Shown piece after piece: positions 19,168 to 29,052 of a stretch of DNA of 64,000 nucleotides. Positions within the stretch are counted from its first letter, which is position 1. Each line of letters opens with the position of its first letter. The stretch is taken from assembly GCA_037189525.1 (NCBI GenBank), contig JBBCJC010000005.1:320001-384000 (forward strand). Direction: 5' to 3'. The translations under genes were made by a program, and so were the position numbers. This stretch comes from Gemmatimonadales bacterium. Lineage in GTDB: Bacteria > Gemmatimonadota > Gemmatimonadetes > Gemmatimonadales > GWC2-71-9. The notes under the pieces are model-generated. The model searched no databases, was not told the origin of the DNA, and saw nothing but the letters and a program-made list of their open reading frames with translations.

Positions 19168-19509
19168 ATGGCCATCAATCCAGCGGCACCCCAAGGCCCA
19201 AGGCGCGGGACCGACCCAGCCGCGCTCGAAGCCAATCGGGCCCAGGAAGCCCGGCGACCGGGATCAGGCAATCCGGAGCCGGGGGCAGCAGACTCGACCC
19301 GGCCGCGCGCCGACTCGGTCGACCTGTCGGCCGACGCCCGGGCACTTTCGGAGCAGCAGGAGGTCCGCAGCGCGAAGTCGTCCCTGCCGACCGACCGTCT
19401 CAAGGAGATCGGTGAACGCCTGGCTACCGGGTTCTACGATCAGCCCGAGGTGATCGAGTCCGTGGCGCGCCGCATCTCGGCAGACCCCGGTTTCCGCGCA
19501 GACGGCTGA
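19168..19509 (+). CDS. flgM: Anti-sigma-28 factor FlgM
   Basis: DSVDLSADARAL and DRLKEI...LATGFY motifs of FlgM; disordered N-terminus; GAGGAG/AGAGG RBS; sigma-28-like promoter upstream. Confidence 0.8.
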   Translation: MAINPAAPQGPRRGTDPAALEANRAQEARRPGSGNPEPGAADSTRPRADSVDLSADARALSEQQEVRSAKSSLPTDRLKEIGERLATGFYDQPEVIESVARRISADPGFRADG

Positions 19510-19514
19510 GCAGC

Positions 19515-19925
19515 ATGATGGCGCAGCCCGCCCCGGAACCGCGTCCGACCGTCCTGCTCGTCGATGATGACGAGATGGTCTGTCGGAGCGTCGCGCGTTT
19601 TCTGGGGAGGGCGGGCTTCGATGTCACCGTATCCCACTCGGGACACGATGCGCTGGAGCGGGTTCGAACCCGTCACTTCGATGCCGTTGTGACCGACCAC
19701 AACATGCCCACCATGAGCGGCATCGAATTGATCGAGGAACTGGTCCGCCGCAATCCGGAATTGCGTGGGCACATCTTTCTGACCAGCGGCGACCTCGACA
19801 TTCTGAGGCACGACGCCTTCCTCAAGAGCACCGGCTCGCGGGGGCTCGAAAAGCCGTTTCAGGTGGCCGAACTCGCCTCGACGCTCCGCAGCACCCTGGG
19901 CCTGGCCCCCGCCTCCGTCAGCTGA
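19515..19925 (+). CDS. Stand-alone response regulator receiver protein
   Basis: VLLVDDD, VTDHNMP (phospho-Asp), TSG, EKPF; no output domain. Confidence 0.88.
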   Translation: MMAQPAPEPRPTVLLVDDDEMVCRSVARFLGRAGFDVTVSHSGHDALERVRTRHFDAVVTDHNMPTMSGIELIEELVRRNPELRGHIFLTSGDLDILRHDAFLKSTGSRGLEKPFQVAELASTLRSTLGLAPASVS

Positions 19926-19931
19926 CCCGCC

Positions 19932-20825
19932 TCAGGGCTGCAGGTCAGACCGATACGTCGTCAAAAACTGCAGCAGCGTTACCGCGTCCGTGAGCGACGG
20001 CGTCGCATAGCGGATGGTGTGCGCATCGTGTCGAGTCACACCAGGCATCAGCGCAGCGGCTTCCGCCGGCAGATAACTCTTGTAGGTGACATCGAGGGTA
20101 TAGGGCCCCCGAACCACGAACGGCTTGATCTGCCGCAACCGCTCGATGGCAGCTTTAGCCTTGGTCCGAATCAGCTCCTGCCCGGCCTGCGGCGTCATCG
20201 TCTCGGCCGAATGGAAGCCGAGCGACCGCTTGACCACCGCGCCCTCGACGTTCGGAATGAACTTCTGCACCTCGGCCACCGCGGCGTCATCACCCGATAC
20301 GAGCACCACCGGCACCCCGAACAGCCCGGCAACCGCAGCATTGAGACTCGACTCGGACTGCGTCACCCCGTTCAGCGAAACGGCCGCGAAGGTCGCACTC
20401 GAGAGCGTATGGGCGCGCACCCCGTTCGGGTTGGTCGTCGCCGAGTGGTAGCCGATGAACATCACCGCGCTCACCGAGGAATCGATCCCGGCGACCATCG
20501 AATACTTCCGCGGCGACCCCCGGATGATCCGGACATCGGCCGGGAACCGGTCGATCAGCAGGTTCTGCATGTTGCCGTGGGAGTCGGCGACCAGAAACTC
20601 GGTCGCGCCGCCGGCCCGGGCGCCCTCGACTGCGGCAAGCGCCTCCGCCGTCATGAACTCGCGGAACCGTTGATACTCGAAGCCCGTCGGCCCGAGTTGC
20701 TCGCCCGTGACCACCCCGGTAATGCCTTCCATGTCGACCGTGATCAGGACCTTGATCGGTCGCTGGGCATCGAGGGTACCGGCGCCCGCGCCGAGACAGA
20801 GCGCAGCCAGAATCCATCGGGTCAT
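19932..20825 (-). CDS. M55 family D-aminopeptidase (DppA-like), exported
   Basis: Signal peptide; VDMEG, DSHG, IGYH, AHT motifs. Confidence 0.9.
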   Translation of the reverse strand: MTRWILAALCLGAGAGTLDAQRPIKVLITVDMEGITGVVTGEQLGPTGFEYQRFREFMTAEALAAVEGARAGGATEFLVADSHGNMQNLLIDRFPADVRIIRGSPRKYSMVAGIDSSVSAVMFIGYHSATTNPNGVRAHTLSSATFAAVSLNGVTQSESSLNAAVAGLFGVPVVLVSGDDAAVAEVQKFIPNVEGAVVKRSLGFHSAETMTPQAGQELIRTKAKAAIERLRQIKPFVVRGPYTLDVTYKSYLPAEAAALMPGVTRHDAHTIRYATPSLTDAVTLLQFLTTYRSDLQP

Positions 20826-20901
20826 CGTATCGTCTGCTCCTCCGGATCGGGCACGGCCCTTCCCGGTCGTTGAGTCATCCAGCCTGGCCCACCCGTGCTC
20901 A

Positions 20902-22059
20902 TCACGGGCGACCGTCGAAATACCGAACCGTGGCGTCGACCAGCACGTCGACCACGGGCTCGAGCGTCGCCACCTCGACGTACTCGTTCTTCTCGTGGAA
21001 GCCGGTGCCCCGCGGTCCGAACGTCACCGTCGGAATCCTGCCCTCCCCGAGATAGACGTTACCGTCGGTGATGACCAGCGTGCCCCCCAGCCGCGGCGCC
21101 ACGCCGAGCCGCGCCTGGTACGCAGCCTCGAAGGCGGCCATCCCGGGATGCGCCGGATCGAGCTCGAACGGCTCGTACGACGGCGGCGCGGCTTCGACCG
21201 TGACCGTCGACTCGAGCCCGAGCCCCGCGATCAGCGTTCGCAGTTCGTCGAGCGCCTTGGCCTGGGTTTCGCCAGGAGCCAGCAGGCGGGTGATGATGAT
21301 CTCGCACCGTTCGGGCACGATCACCGAGTACTCGCGATACCCGCCGTCGATCTTGAGGGTGGAGTAATTCATCGGCCCGATCAGGTGATGCGAACCGAGC
21401 GGCAGCCGATCGAGCGCCGCCACGATCTTGGACGCATCGTGAACCGCGTTGATGCCCCGCTCCGGCGAGAGCAGCGCATGCGAGGTCCGCCCCGTCACCA
21501 CGACACGGTAGAGGATCTTGCCCGGCTGCGCAATCGGGATCACCAGGTCGGTCGCTTCCGAACCGCCGTAGAAGCTCTCGGTCAGAAAGAGCAAGTCGCT
21601 CTTGCCTAACGGCGTCTCGAGGAGCGCGCGCGAGCCGGTGCCGAACGCCTCCTCATCCACCGTCGCCGCAAACGCCAGCGTGCCCAGCCGGCTGGCCAGG
21701 GCCGGATCCTGGATCAACCGGCGAAACGCATGAAAGGCGCAGGCAATGCCCGACTTCATGTCGAGCGCGCCCAGTCCGTACAGCTTGCCGTCACGCTCCA
21801 CCGGGTCCAGCGGGTCCGTCTCCCATCCCTCGGCCGCATCGACGGTATCGAGGTGACCGGTAAACGTGACCAGTCCGGACTTGGGACCGGCTTTGACGAT
21901 GACATAGACGTTCGGCCGGCCCGGCGAAACCTCCTGCCAGACGGGCTCGAGCCCGATACTCCGAATTTCGTCCGCCACCAGCTGCGCAAGCGGCCCTTCG
22001 GCCGGCAGCCGGGAATCGACCCGCACCATCCGCTTCGTAAAGGAAAGAACGTCGCTCAT
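20902..22059 (-). CDS. M20 family metallopeptidase/deacylase (ArgE/DapE-like)
   Basis: GHLDTV, GALDMKSG, DEE, FGP....H...E ligands. Confidence 0.9.
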   Translation of the reverse strand: MSDVLSFTKRMVRVDSRLPAEGPLAQLVADEIRSIGLEPVWQEVSPGRPNVYVIVKAGPKSGLVTFTGHLDTVDAAEGWETDPLDPVERDGKLYGLGALDMKSGIACAFHAFRRLIQDPALASRLGTLAFAATVDEEAFGTGSRALLETPLGKSDLLFLTESFYGGSEATDLVIPIAQPGKILYRVVVTGRTSHALLSPERGINAVHDASKIVAALDRLPLGSHHLIGPMNYSTLKIDGGYREYSVIVPERCEIIITRLLAPGETQAKALDELRTLIAGLGLESTVTVEAAPPSYEPFELDPAHPGMAAFEAAYQARLGVAPRLGGTLVITDGNVYLGEGRIPTVTFGPRGTGFHEKNEYVEVATLEPVVDVLVDATVRYFDGRP

Positions 22060-22128
22060 GCCGAACCTTGGGAGAAGAACGAGGAACCTGCGAAAGCCGC
22101 CAAATATACCGGCCCGATGGATCGTGCC

Positions 22129-23277
22129 CTAGTCACCAGACGTCCTGGCAAACGAGCGATCGATCCGGAAATGACTGATGTCGGCCGCGGTTTCGCCCCG
22201 GGTGACCAGATCGGTGAGGATCTCGCCGATAGCGGGAGCGAACTTGAACCCGTGGCCGGAACACGGACTGGCGATCACGACCCGCCGATCGTCCGGATGG
22301 AAATCGAGGATGAAATCTTCGTCGGGCGTGTTGGTGTAGAGGCAGACGCCACCCCGCACCGCCGGCCCGATCATCCCAGGAAAGGTCTGGTCGACGATGG
22401 CCCGAACCGCTCGTTCGTCGGCGTCGTGGACGGTTCGATCGGCCGTATCCGGATCGACCGCCGTCCCCTCGTGATGCACCGCCACTTTGAAGCCGTGCCC
22501 CTGGTCTGGAAAACCGTAGATCGAACGCCCCGGCGACCACTCCCAGAGGAAGATCGGACAGCGGCCGAGCTCGAACCACGCCTTGGGCGCGGTGGGCTCG
22601 AACCAGAACAGAACCTGACGATTGGGCGCCAGCGACAACGACCGCTTGGGCAATCCCTTGGCCATCCACGCGCCCGCCGCGAGGATCAGACGATCGGCGG
22701 TGTACCGACCCTCTGCCGTCGTCACCGTGATCCGCTCCCCGCTTTCCCAATCGAGGACCGGCTCGTTGTAGTGCAAGTCAGCCCCAGCCCCGCGCGCGAC
22801 CCCGAGCGCCGACTCGATCGCGTCTTCCGGCATCAGCGATCCGGCGCGCGGCTCATAGACCGCCACCTGTCCCGGCAGCAAACGGAAGGCCGGGAACCGC
22901 TCCGCCACCTGCGCAGCCTCCAGCAGTTCCGCCTGCAGGCCGAATTGCTGCGCACTGGCCATGGCGCCTGACACGATGTAACCACTCCGCTCGCCGATCA
23001 GCAGCCCGCCGGTCGTCGTCAGGATGGATCGGCCGGCCAGCCGCTCGAGCTCCGCCCAGAGCGGATAGGCCCGTTGCACGATCGGGACATAGTAGCGCTG
23101 CTCGGAATAGCATTCGCGAATGATCCGGCTCAATCCGGTGGAGGAACCGTTGGCATGCGGCGGCGCAAAACGGTCGAAGCCGATGACCTTGAGGCCGCGC
23201 GCACTCGCCTGCCATGCGGCCATGCTGCCCATTGCGCCGAGCCCGGCGATTGCCACATCGTAGTGCGCGGTACTCAT
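22129..23277 (-). CDS. Monomeric sarcosine / N-methyl-L-tryptophan oxidase family flavoenzyme
   Basis: GLGAMG, GSSTGLSRIIR, CLYTNTPD (covalent-FAD Cys), CSGHGFKF. Start 23277 with GGAGG RBS. Confidence 0.88.
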   Translation of the reverse strand: MSTAHYDVAIAGLGAMGSMAAWQASARGLKVIGFDRFAPPHANGSSTGLSRIIRECYSEQRYYVPIVQRAYPLWAELERLAGRSILTTTGGLLIGERSGYIVSGAMASAQQFGLQAELLEAAQVAERFPAFRLLPGQVAVYEPRAGSLMPEDAIESALGVARGAGADLHYNEPVLDWESGERITVTTAEGRYTADRLILAAGAWMAKGLPKRSLSLAPNRQVLFWFEPTAPKAWFELGRCPIFLWEWSPGRSIYGFPDQGHGFKVAVHHEGTAVDPDTADRTVHDADERAVRAIVDQTFPGMIGPAVRGGVCLYTNTPDEDFILDFHPDDRRVVIASPCSGHGFKFAPAIGEILTDLVTRGETAADISHFRIDRSFARTSGD

Positions 23278-23321
23278 CGTGCCTCCCGAAGGAACCCGCT
23301 CCGGCTCATTAGATTGCCGGC

Positions 23322-24245
23322 ATGCCATTCAACGATACGACCATCGATGTGCAGCATCTCAACCGTCGGCAGTACGTTGCCGTCGAGTTGCTGGCGACCT
23401 CGGCCGGGCCGGTGCTGCTCGACACAGGCCCGGGCTCGACCCTCGATACCCTCGAAGCCGGTCTTGCCGCGGCAGGCACCCGGGTCGAGGCGCTCCATGC
23501 CGTCCTGCTCTCGCACATTCACTTCGATCACGCCGGCGCCACTGGCCTTCTGGTGGAGCGCAATCCGAACCTGATCGTGTATGTCCACGAGCGGGGCGCC
23601 CGCCACCTGGCCGATCCCGCCAAACTGGTGGCCAGCGCCACGCGGATCTATGGCGATCGCATGGACAGCCTGTGGGGTCGCTTCCTGCCGGTTCCGCCGC
23701 CCAACCTGCGCTCACTCACGGGCGGCGAAACCGTCCGCCTGGGTAACCGCGAGTTTGCCGTGGCCGCCACGCCGGGGCACGCCTCACATCATGTCGGCTA
23801 CTACGAGGCCGCTACGTCGACCGCCTACGTCGGCGATACCGGCGGCCTGCACGTGCCTGCCCTGCCGATCACGCTTCCGGTGACACCGCCGCCGGATTTC
23901 GACCTGGAAGCATGGCTCGCCAGCCTGGACCAGATCGCCAGCTGGGCACCGGCGCGGCTCTTCTGCACCCACTACGGCTTCAGCAACGACGTTCCTGCCC
24001 ACCTGGCAGATCTCCGTCGCGGGCTGGCACAGTGGACGGCGCTGGCTCGGGACCTGCTTTCACGAGACCTGTCGGACGACGCGCGAGCCGATCAGTTCCA
24101 CCGCGCCGTCCTGGCCGGTCTCGAAGGTCAGGCCTCACCCGAGGCCATCGCCGCCTTCTCGTCGTTTGCCGACTTCAGGGCCAGCTATCACGGCATTGCC
24201 CGCTATTGGCAGAAGCGACTGGCCCAACCATCGCCGACAGCCTGA
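23322..24245 (+). CDS. MBL-fold metallo-hydrolase
   Basis: SHIHFDHAG, TPGHASHH, GD, THYG. Confidence 0.9.
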   Translation: MPFNDTTIDVQHLNRRQYVAVELLATSAGPVLLDTGPGSTLDTLEAGLAAAGTRVEALHAVLLSHIHFDHAGATGLLVERNPNLIVYVHERGARHLADPAKLVASATRIYGDRMDSLWGRFLPVPPPNLRSLTGGETVRLGNREFAVAATPGHASHHVGYYEAATSTAYVGDTGGLHVPALPITLPVTPPPDFDLEAWLASLDQIASWAPARLFCTHYGFSNDVPAHLADLRRGLAQWTALARDLLSRDLSDDARADQFHRAVLAGLEGQASPEAIAAFSSFADFRASYHGIARYWQKRLAQPSPTA

Positions 24246-24332
24246 CCAACCGGTCCAGCCGGTGCAGCGCCGCATCCAGCGCCTGCCGGACCGTGTGGAT
24301 CGGCGCTCCGGCAGCCCCGGCCTCCGGGTGGC

Positions 24333-25583
24333 TTACCAGTTGAAGCGACCCGGATCGAACGGCGCCAGCGCATCGGGCGCGGCATTTCCCGTCATCGCAT
24401 CGGCCATCACATTGCCCGTGACCGGCGCGAGCGTAATTCCCAGCATCGCATGCCCGGTAGCCAGGTAGACGTTCCGGAATCCCGGCACCAGGCCGAGCAT
24501 CGGTAAACCGTCTGGTGTGAGCGGACGCATCCCGACCCACTCGGTGCCCACGTTGGGACCGATCTTGGCGTTCAGGTAGCGATCGATGCCCTTGCGAATC
24601 CCGCGAACCCGGCGCGGATCGAAGTAGGTGTTGACCCCGGAGAGTTCCATCGTTCCGGCAAATCGCACCGCCTCACCATCGAACGGCGTCACGCCGATCC
24701 GCGCCTCGCCCAGGTAGAGCGGACGGGTCAATTGCGGTGCGGCGCCGTCGTTGACGGTGATGCTGTAGCCTTTGCCCGCCTGCACCGGCAGCGACCGCCC
24801 GAACGGCTGCAGCACTTCTCCGGACCAGGCGCCCGCCGCCACCAGCACCTCGTCCGCCAGGAGCGTCCCGGCCGTCGTCTCGACGCCGGTCACCCGATCA
24901 CCGCTCACGACCGCGCCGCGTACCTCGATCCCGGTCTGTACCTCGACGCCAAGTTCCTTGAGCCGCTGGACATAGCCGGAGGTCAGCGTCTCGGGGCGAA
25001 TATGGTATTCCTCTTTGACCAGGAAACCGCCATGGACCTGATCTGACAGGCCGGGCTCGAGCTGGCGTAGTTCTCGGCCCGAAATCGGCGACGGCACCAC
25101 GTAGCCGTAACGCTGGTAGTAGTCGAATTCCTGCAGCGTGTTCTGAAGGTACTGCTCGCCCATGAAGACGAAGAGCAGTCCTTCGCGATGCAACTCGAAC
25201 TTGACGCCGTCGGCTTCGAGCGCATCGAACGCGGCGAGCGTAGTGCTGTTGAGCTCCGCCATGAGCGTGAGCCCGCGGAGGAAATCCTTCTGGTTGCAGT
25301 AGCGCCAGAAGCGCCAGAGCCAGCGGGCGAGACGAGGCGCAGCCGTCGGCGCGATGTACAACGGGCTGTCACTCTTGAGCATCCACTTGAGCGAAGTCCA
25401 GGTCAGACCCGGCGCCGGAATCGGCGCCGAAATGGACGGCGTGATCCAGCCGGCATTCCCTTTGGAGGCGCCCTCACCCGGCAAACCCTTGTCGATCACC
25501 AGCACGTCGCGACCACGCTGACGTAAGGCGTACGCACAGGCCAATCCAATCGCGCCGGCGCCCACCACGATGGTTCGTTTCAT
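24333..25583 (-). CDS. D-amino acid dehydrogenase-like FAD oxidoreductase
   Basis: VGAGAIG, ASKGNAG, AGKGYS, WVGMRPLTPDGLP, GHAMLG. Confidence 0.88.
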   Translation of the reverse strand: MKRTIVVGAGAIGLACAYALRQRGRDVLVIDKGLPGEGASKGNAGWITPSISAPIPAPGLTWTSLKWMLKSDSPLYIAPTAAPRLARWLWRFWRYCNQKDFLRGLTLMAELNSTTLAAFDALEADGVKFELHREGLLFVFMGEQYLQNTLQEFDYYQRYGYVVPSPISGRELRQLEPGLSDQVHGGFLVKEEYHIRPETLTSGYVQRLKELGVEVQTGIEVRGAVVSGDRVTGVETTAGTLLADEVLVAAGAWSGEVLQPFGRSLPVQAGKGYSITVNDGAAPQLTRPLYLGEARIGVTPFDGEAVRFAGTMELSGVNTYFDPRRVRGIRKGIDRYLNAKIGPNVGTEWVGMRPLTPDGLPMLGLVPGFRNVYLATGHAMLGITLAPVTGNVMADAMTGNAAPDALAPFDPGRFNW

Positions 25584-25610
25584 ATCCGTTCCGATCCGTC
25601 AGAGCGCCGA

Positions 25611-27695
25611 TTAGCGCTTCAGATGACGATTGAAAAAGTCGAGCGACGCCCGATAGATCCTGGACCAGTTGTCGTAGGTCAGGAAGTCGTGGACGTCATC
25701 CGGGAAGACCATCGTTTCCGGTTCGATCCCCTGGTTCCGGAGCGCGGCCACCAGGCGAATCGACTCGTTGAACTTGACGTTCCGGTCGTCGTCGCCATGG
25801 ATGATGAGGACCGGCGAGCGCCAGGTATCGACCCACCGGAGCGGCGACGAGTCGAACGCCAGCTGCGTAGCGCGGGGATCCTCCAGCGGGTTGTAGCTGG
25901 GGACGAAGTTATGGATCCCTTCGTTCCAGTCATGCACCCCGTGGATGTCGACGCCGGCCTTGTAGAGATCCGACGCCTTCGCGAGCCCCATGGCCGTCAG
26001 ATAGCCGCCGTACGATCCGCCCCACAGACCGATCCGGTTACCGTCGACGTCGGCGCGCCCGCGCAGGTACATCCCGGCGCCCATTACGTCGTTGAACTCG
26101 GTGGCGCCGGTGGCGCCGTAATTTTCCGCCTCCCGGAATTTCATCCCGTACCCGGTACCGCTCCGGTAGTTAGCCGACAACACCACATAGCCGTGCTGCG
26201 CCAGCCACTGATTCATGGCATAGGCGCCGGCGTAGTAGCCCATGTAGTGAAAGCCGAGCAGCATCTGTCGCCGGGATCCACCATGGAAGAAGACCACCGC
26301 TGGCCGCTTCTCACCCGACTTGAGATCGGGCGGCAGGAACAGCTGCGCATGGATCTGCATCCCGTCGGCCGAGGTGTAGATGACCTGCTCGGGCTCGACC
26401 AGACGGCTCGACGGGAAGGAAGCGGGAGTCGACCCGGGCGCCAGCGGCCGGATCTTGCCGTCGATCAGGACGGCGGCGTGCGACGGAGTCCGCGCATCGG
26501 AATGCAGGAACGCCAGCGTCCGCCCATCGGCCAGCGGTTCCGGCGCCCACTCGATGCTCTTCTCGCTCCGCCAGAGCGGCTCCGGCGCGCCGCCGTTGAC
26601 GCTGACGCGATAGAGGTCGCGCCGATCGATATTGCCTATGTTGGTGTTGTAGTAGACCGACTGCCCGTCGGGAGACAGGGTGACGTACTCGACTTCACCG
26701 GCGCCGGGCGTGAGATGCACGGGCTCGCCGCCCTGCGCAGGAATCGAATACAACTGGCCCCAGTCGTTCCGCTCCCACAGGAACACCAGCCGGTCGCCCG
26801 CGCCCCACATCAACCCGGGGCCGGTCGGACCCTGGAAGACGCTGCCGTCGCCTTCGGCCGCCGTCCAGATCTTGCGGGCCGTACCGGCGCCGACATCGGC
26901 GACCCAGATCGACCAGGGACGCGCCGACCGGATCGCGCCGAAGAGCGGCATCCGGATGCCCGCCGGAATCCGCACGAAGGCCAGCCGCTTCCCGTCCGGC
27001 GACCATGCCGCATGGCCGTCGCGATCATAGCTCGGTTCGATCCAGCGCAGCGAGCGCGCCGAGAAATCATAGAGGCCGATGAACGAGTGGGTACCGCGGC
27101 CGCTGGTGAACGCCAGCTTGGAACCGTCCGGCGAAAACCGCAGCGTGCCGGCTCCGCCCCGCGCCTTGAACAACTCCGTCGCGGCGGGCGTCGCGCCTCC
27201 GACCTGCGCCGTCCAGACCTGGCCGCGAGAGACATAGACCACCCGATCGCCCGTCGGCGACATCGCAACGCCGGAACCGACCCCGACCCGCACCGGTTCC
27301 CCGCCCGCCACCGCAATCCGCCAGACCGCCTGCTCCTGGCCGCGCGGATCACTGGTGGGATTGGGAATCTCTCCCTGCCGATTGGGACCGCCGCCGCGCA
27401 CATAGAAAACCGTCTTCCCATCCGGAGAGACGACGACATTCCCGATGGCCTGGCCGTCATCGGCCGTATAGCGCGTGAGCTGCCGCCCGGTAAACTGTGG
27501 CCCCGTCGCGACCCAGACGTTGCGGACACCGCGAGTGTTGTGCACCCACGCGATGGTGGCCCCGCCCGACGTCAGATTCTCCGCGAAAGGAGCGGCAATC
27601 ACGTCGTCGATCGAAAATGGCGTCTGCTGCGCAGAGACCGGACCCGCCAGCATCCCGGCCATCGACAGCACTGCCACCATGGTCCGTAATCTCAT
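25611..27695 (-). CDS. S9 family peptidase (dipeptidyl/acylaminoacyl peptidase) with beta-propeller, exported
   Basis: Signal peptide, SPDG repeats, GGSYGG nucleophile, HGDDD, H. Start 27695 with GAGGAG RBS. Confidence 0.9.
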   Translation of the reverse strand: MRLRTMVAVLSMAGMLAGPVSAQQTPFSIDDVIAAPFAENLTSGGATIAWVHNTRGVRNVWVATGPQFTGRQLTRYTADDGQAIGNVVVSPDGKTVFYVRGGGPNRQGEIPNPTSDPRGQEQAVWRIAVAGGEPVRVGVGSGVAMSPTGDRVVYVSRGQVWTAQVGGATPAATELFKARGGAGTLRFSPDGSKLAFTSGRGTHSFIGLYDFSARSLRWIEPSYDRDGHAAWSPDGKRLAFVRIPAGIRMPLFGAIRSARPWSIWVADVGAGTARKIWTAAEGDGSVFQGPTGPGLMWGAGDRLVFLWERNDWGQLYSIPAQGGEPVHLTPGAGEVEYVTLSPDGQSVYYNTNIGNIDRRDLYRVSVNGGAPEPLWRSEKSIEWAPEPLADGRTLAFLHSDARTPSHAAVLIDGKIRPLAPGSTPASFPSSRLVEPEQVIYTSADGMQIHAQLFLPPDLKSGEKRPAVVFFHGGSRRQMLLGFHYMGYYAGAYAMNQWLAQHGYVVLSANYRSGTGYGMKFREAENYGATGATEFNDVMGAGMYLRGRADVDGNRIGLWGGSYGGYLTAMGLAKASDLYKAGVDIHGVHDWNEGIHNFVPSYNPLEDPRATQLAFDSSPLRWVDTWRSPVLIIHGDDDRNVKFNESIRLVAALRNQGIEPETMVFPDDVHDFLTYDNWSRIYRASLDFFNRHLKR

Positions 27696-27816
27696 CGTGT
27701 ACTCCTCGTTCCGAGTCTCGAACGCCGGCGTCCCCGGCCCGGGATCGATCGGCCGGCATTGCCAGGCCACCGTCCGTGATCCACTATATGTCACCCTCAC
27801 CCACTACCGGCCGACC

Positions 27817-29046
27817 ATGACCGCTACGCCCCGGGACACCCGCCTGCTGGTCGGCATGCTCGCGCTCCTGAGCCTGATCGGCTACCTGCTCCGCACCGAC
27901 ATCACCATCGCGCAAGAACTGATGGCGCCCGCGCTCGGCCTCTCGATGGCCGACATGGGCCTGATCACCGGTCTCGGCTTTCAACTGGCCTACGCCCTGT
28001 TCCAGGTTCCCGCCGGCATTCTCGGCGACCGTTTCGGGGCCCGGCCCATACTCGGCATTGCCCTGATCGGGATGGGAATTGCCTCGCTCGCCTCGGGATT
28101 GGCCGGCACCTTCGGGAGCGCCTTTATCCTGCTGTTCGCCGCCCGGTCATTGCTCGGCGTGGCCCAGGCCGCCACCTACCCGGTCGGCGCACTGGCCATT
28201 CGCCAGCGAGTCCCAGGCGACTATCAAACCACGGCCAGCGCCATCTTCGTCTCGACCTCACTGCTCGGATCGGCGCTCGCTCCGCTCGTCCTCGCCCCGC
28301 TGATGGCCGCCACCGGCTGGCGTCCCGTCTTTCTGGTGAGCGGCCTGGTCGGGCTGCTCGGCGCGGCGGCCTGGTTTGCCCTGGCCCCCGCCATTCCACG
28401 TCCCGCCGCCGCGACGACGCTCGGTTCGCAGACGCGGAGCGCGCTGGCACTCTTCCGCAACCGGGATGTCGTGCTGCTCTCGCTTGCCTACCTGCTCCAC
28501 TCGGCGGTCTTCTTCGTCTTCATCTTCTGGTTCTTCCGCTACCTCACCGACGCGCGTGGCATGAGCCTGCTCGCCAGCGGCTTCTGGGGCAGCATCCCGC
28601 CGATCACGGCGTTCCTGTTCGCGCCCATCGGGGGTCTGCTCGCCGACCGGCTCGGCCGTCGCTATCGCCCCGGACGGGCCCGGCGCGCCGTGGCCGTCGG
28701 CTGCCTCGTTGTTGCCGCCCTGCTGGTGCTGCTCGGCGCCAACCTGAGCGATCCGATCCTCGCCATCGCGGTCCTCTCCCTCTCGGTCGCCAGCATCAAC
28801 GCGGCGGAAGGCCCCTTCTGGGTCACCATCACCTCGCTGGGCGGCAGCACGCCCGGCGCCGCTGCCGGGGTCCTCAACCTGATGGGCAACCTGGGCGGGG
28901 TCATCTCCATCTGGGCCGTGCCCCACATGCGCGAGGCTCTGGGCTGGACCACCCTGCTGGCCGTCTGGGCCGGCGTAGCCGGGGTGGCGGCCCTGCTCTG
29001 GCTCCTGGTCAGAGTCGACCGCCCCGAGGTACCCGCCACCGCCTAA
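27817..29046 (+). CDS. MFS transporter (anion:cation symporter-like)
   Basis: About 12 hydrophobic segments; GILGDRFGAR and GLLADRLGRR motif A. Start ATG 27817. Confidence 0.88.
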   Translation: MTATPRDTRLLVGMLALLSLIGYLLRTDITIAQELMAPALGLSMADMGLITGLGFQLAYALFQVPAGILGDRFGARPILGIALIGMGIASLASGLAGTFGSAFILLFAARSLLGVAQAATYPVGALAIRQRVPGDYQTTASAIFVSTSLLGSALAPLVLAPLMAATGWRPVFLVSGLVGLLGAAAWFALAPAIPRPAAATTLGSQTRSALALFRNRDVVLLSLAYLLHSAVFFVFIFWFFRYLTDARGMSLLASGFWGSIPPITAFLFAPIGGLLADRLGRRYRPGRARRAVAVGCLVVAALLVLLGANLSDPILAIAVLSLSVASINAAEGPFWVTITSLGGSTPGAAAGVLNLMGNLGGVISIWAVPHMREALGWTTLLAVWAGVAGVAALLWLLVRVDRPEVPATA

Positions 29047-29052
29047 CGACGC

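Noticed and set aside
25623..27689. Long antisense ORFs (also 11491-13101, 30371-32335, 39904-41322, 57096-59384 and many more)
   Set aside because: Shadow frames of real genes in high-GC DNA; no motifs and biased composition.
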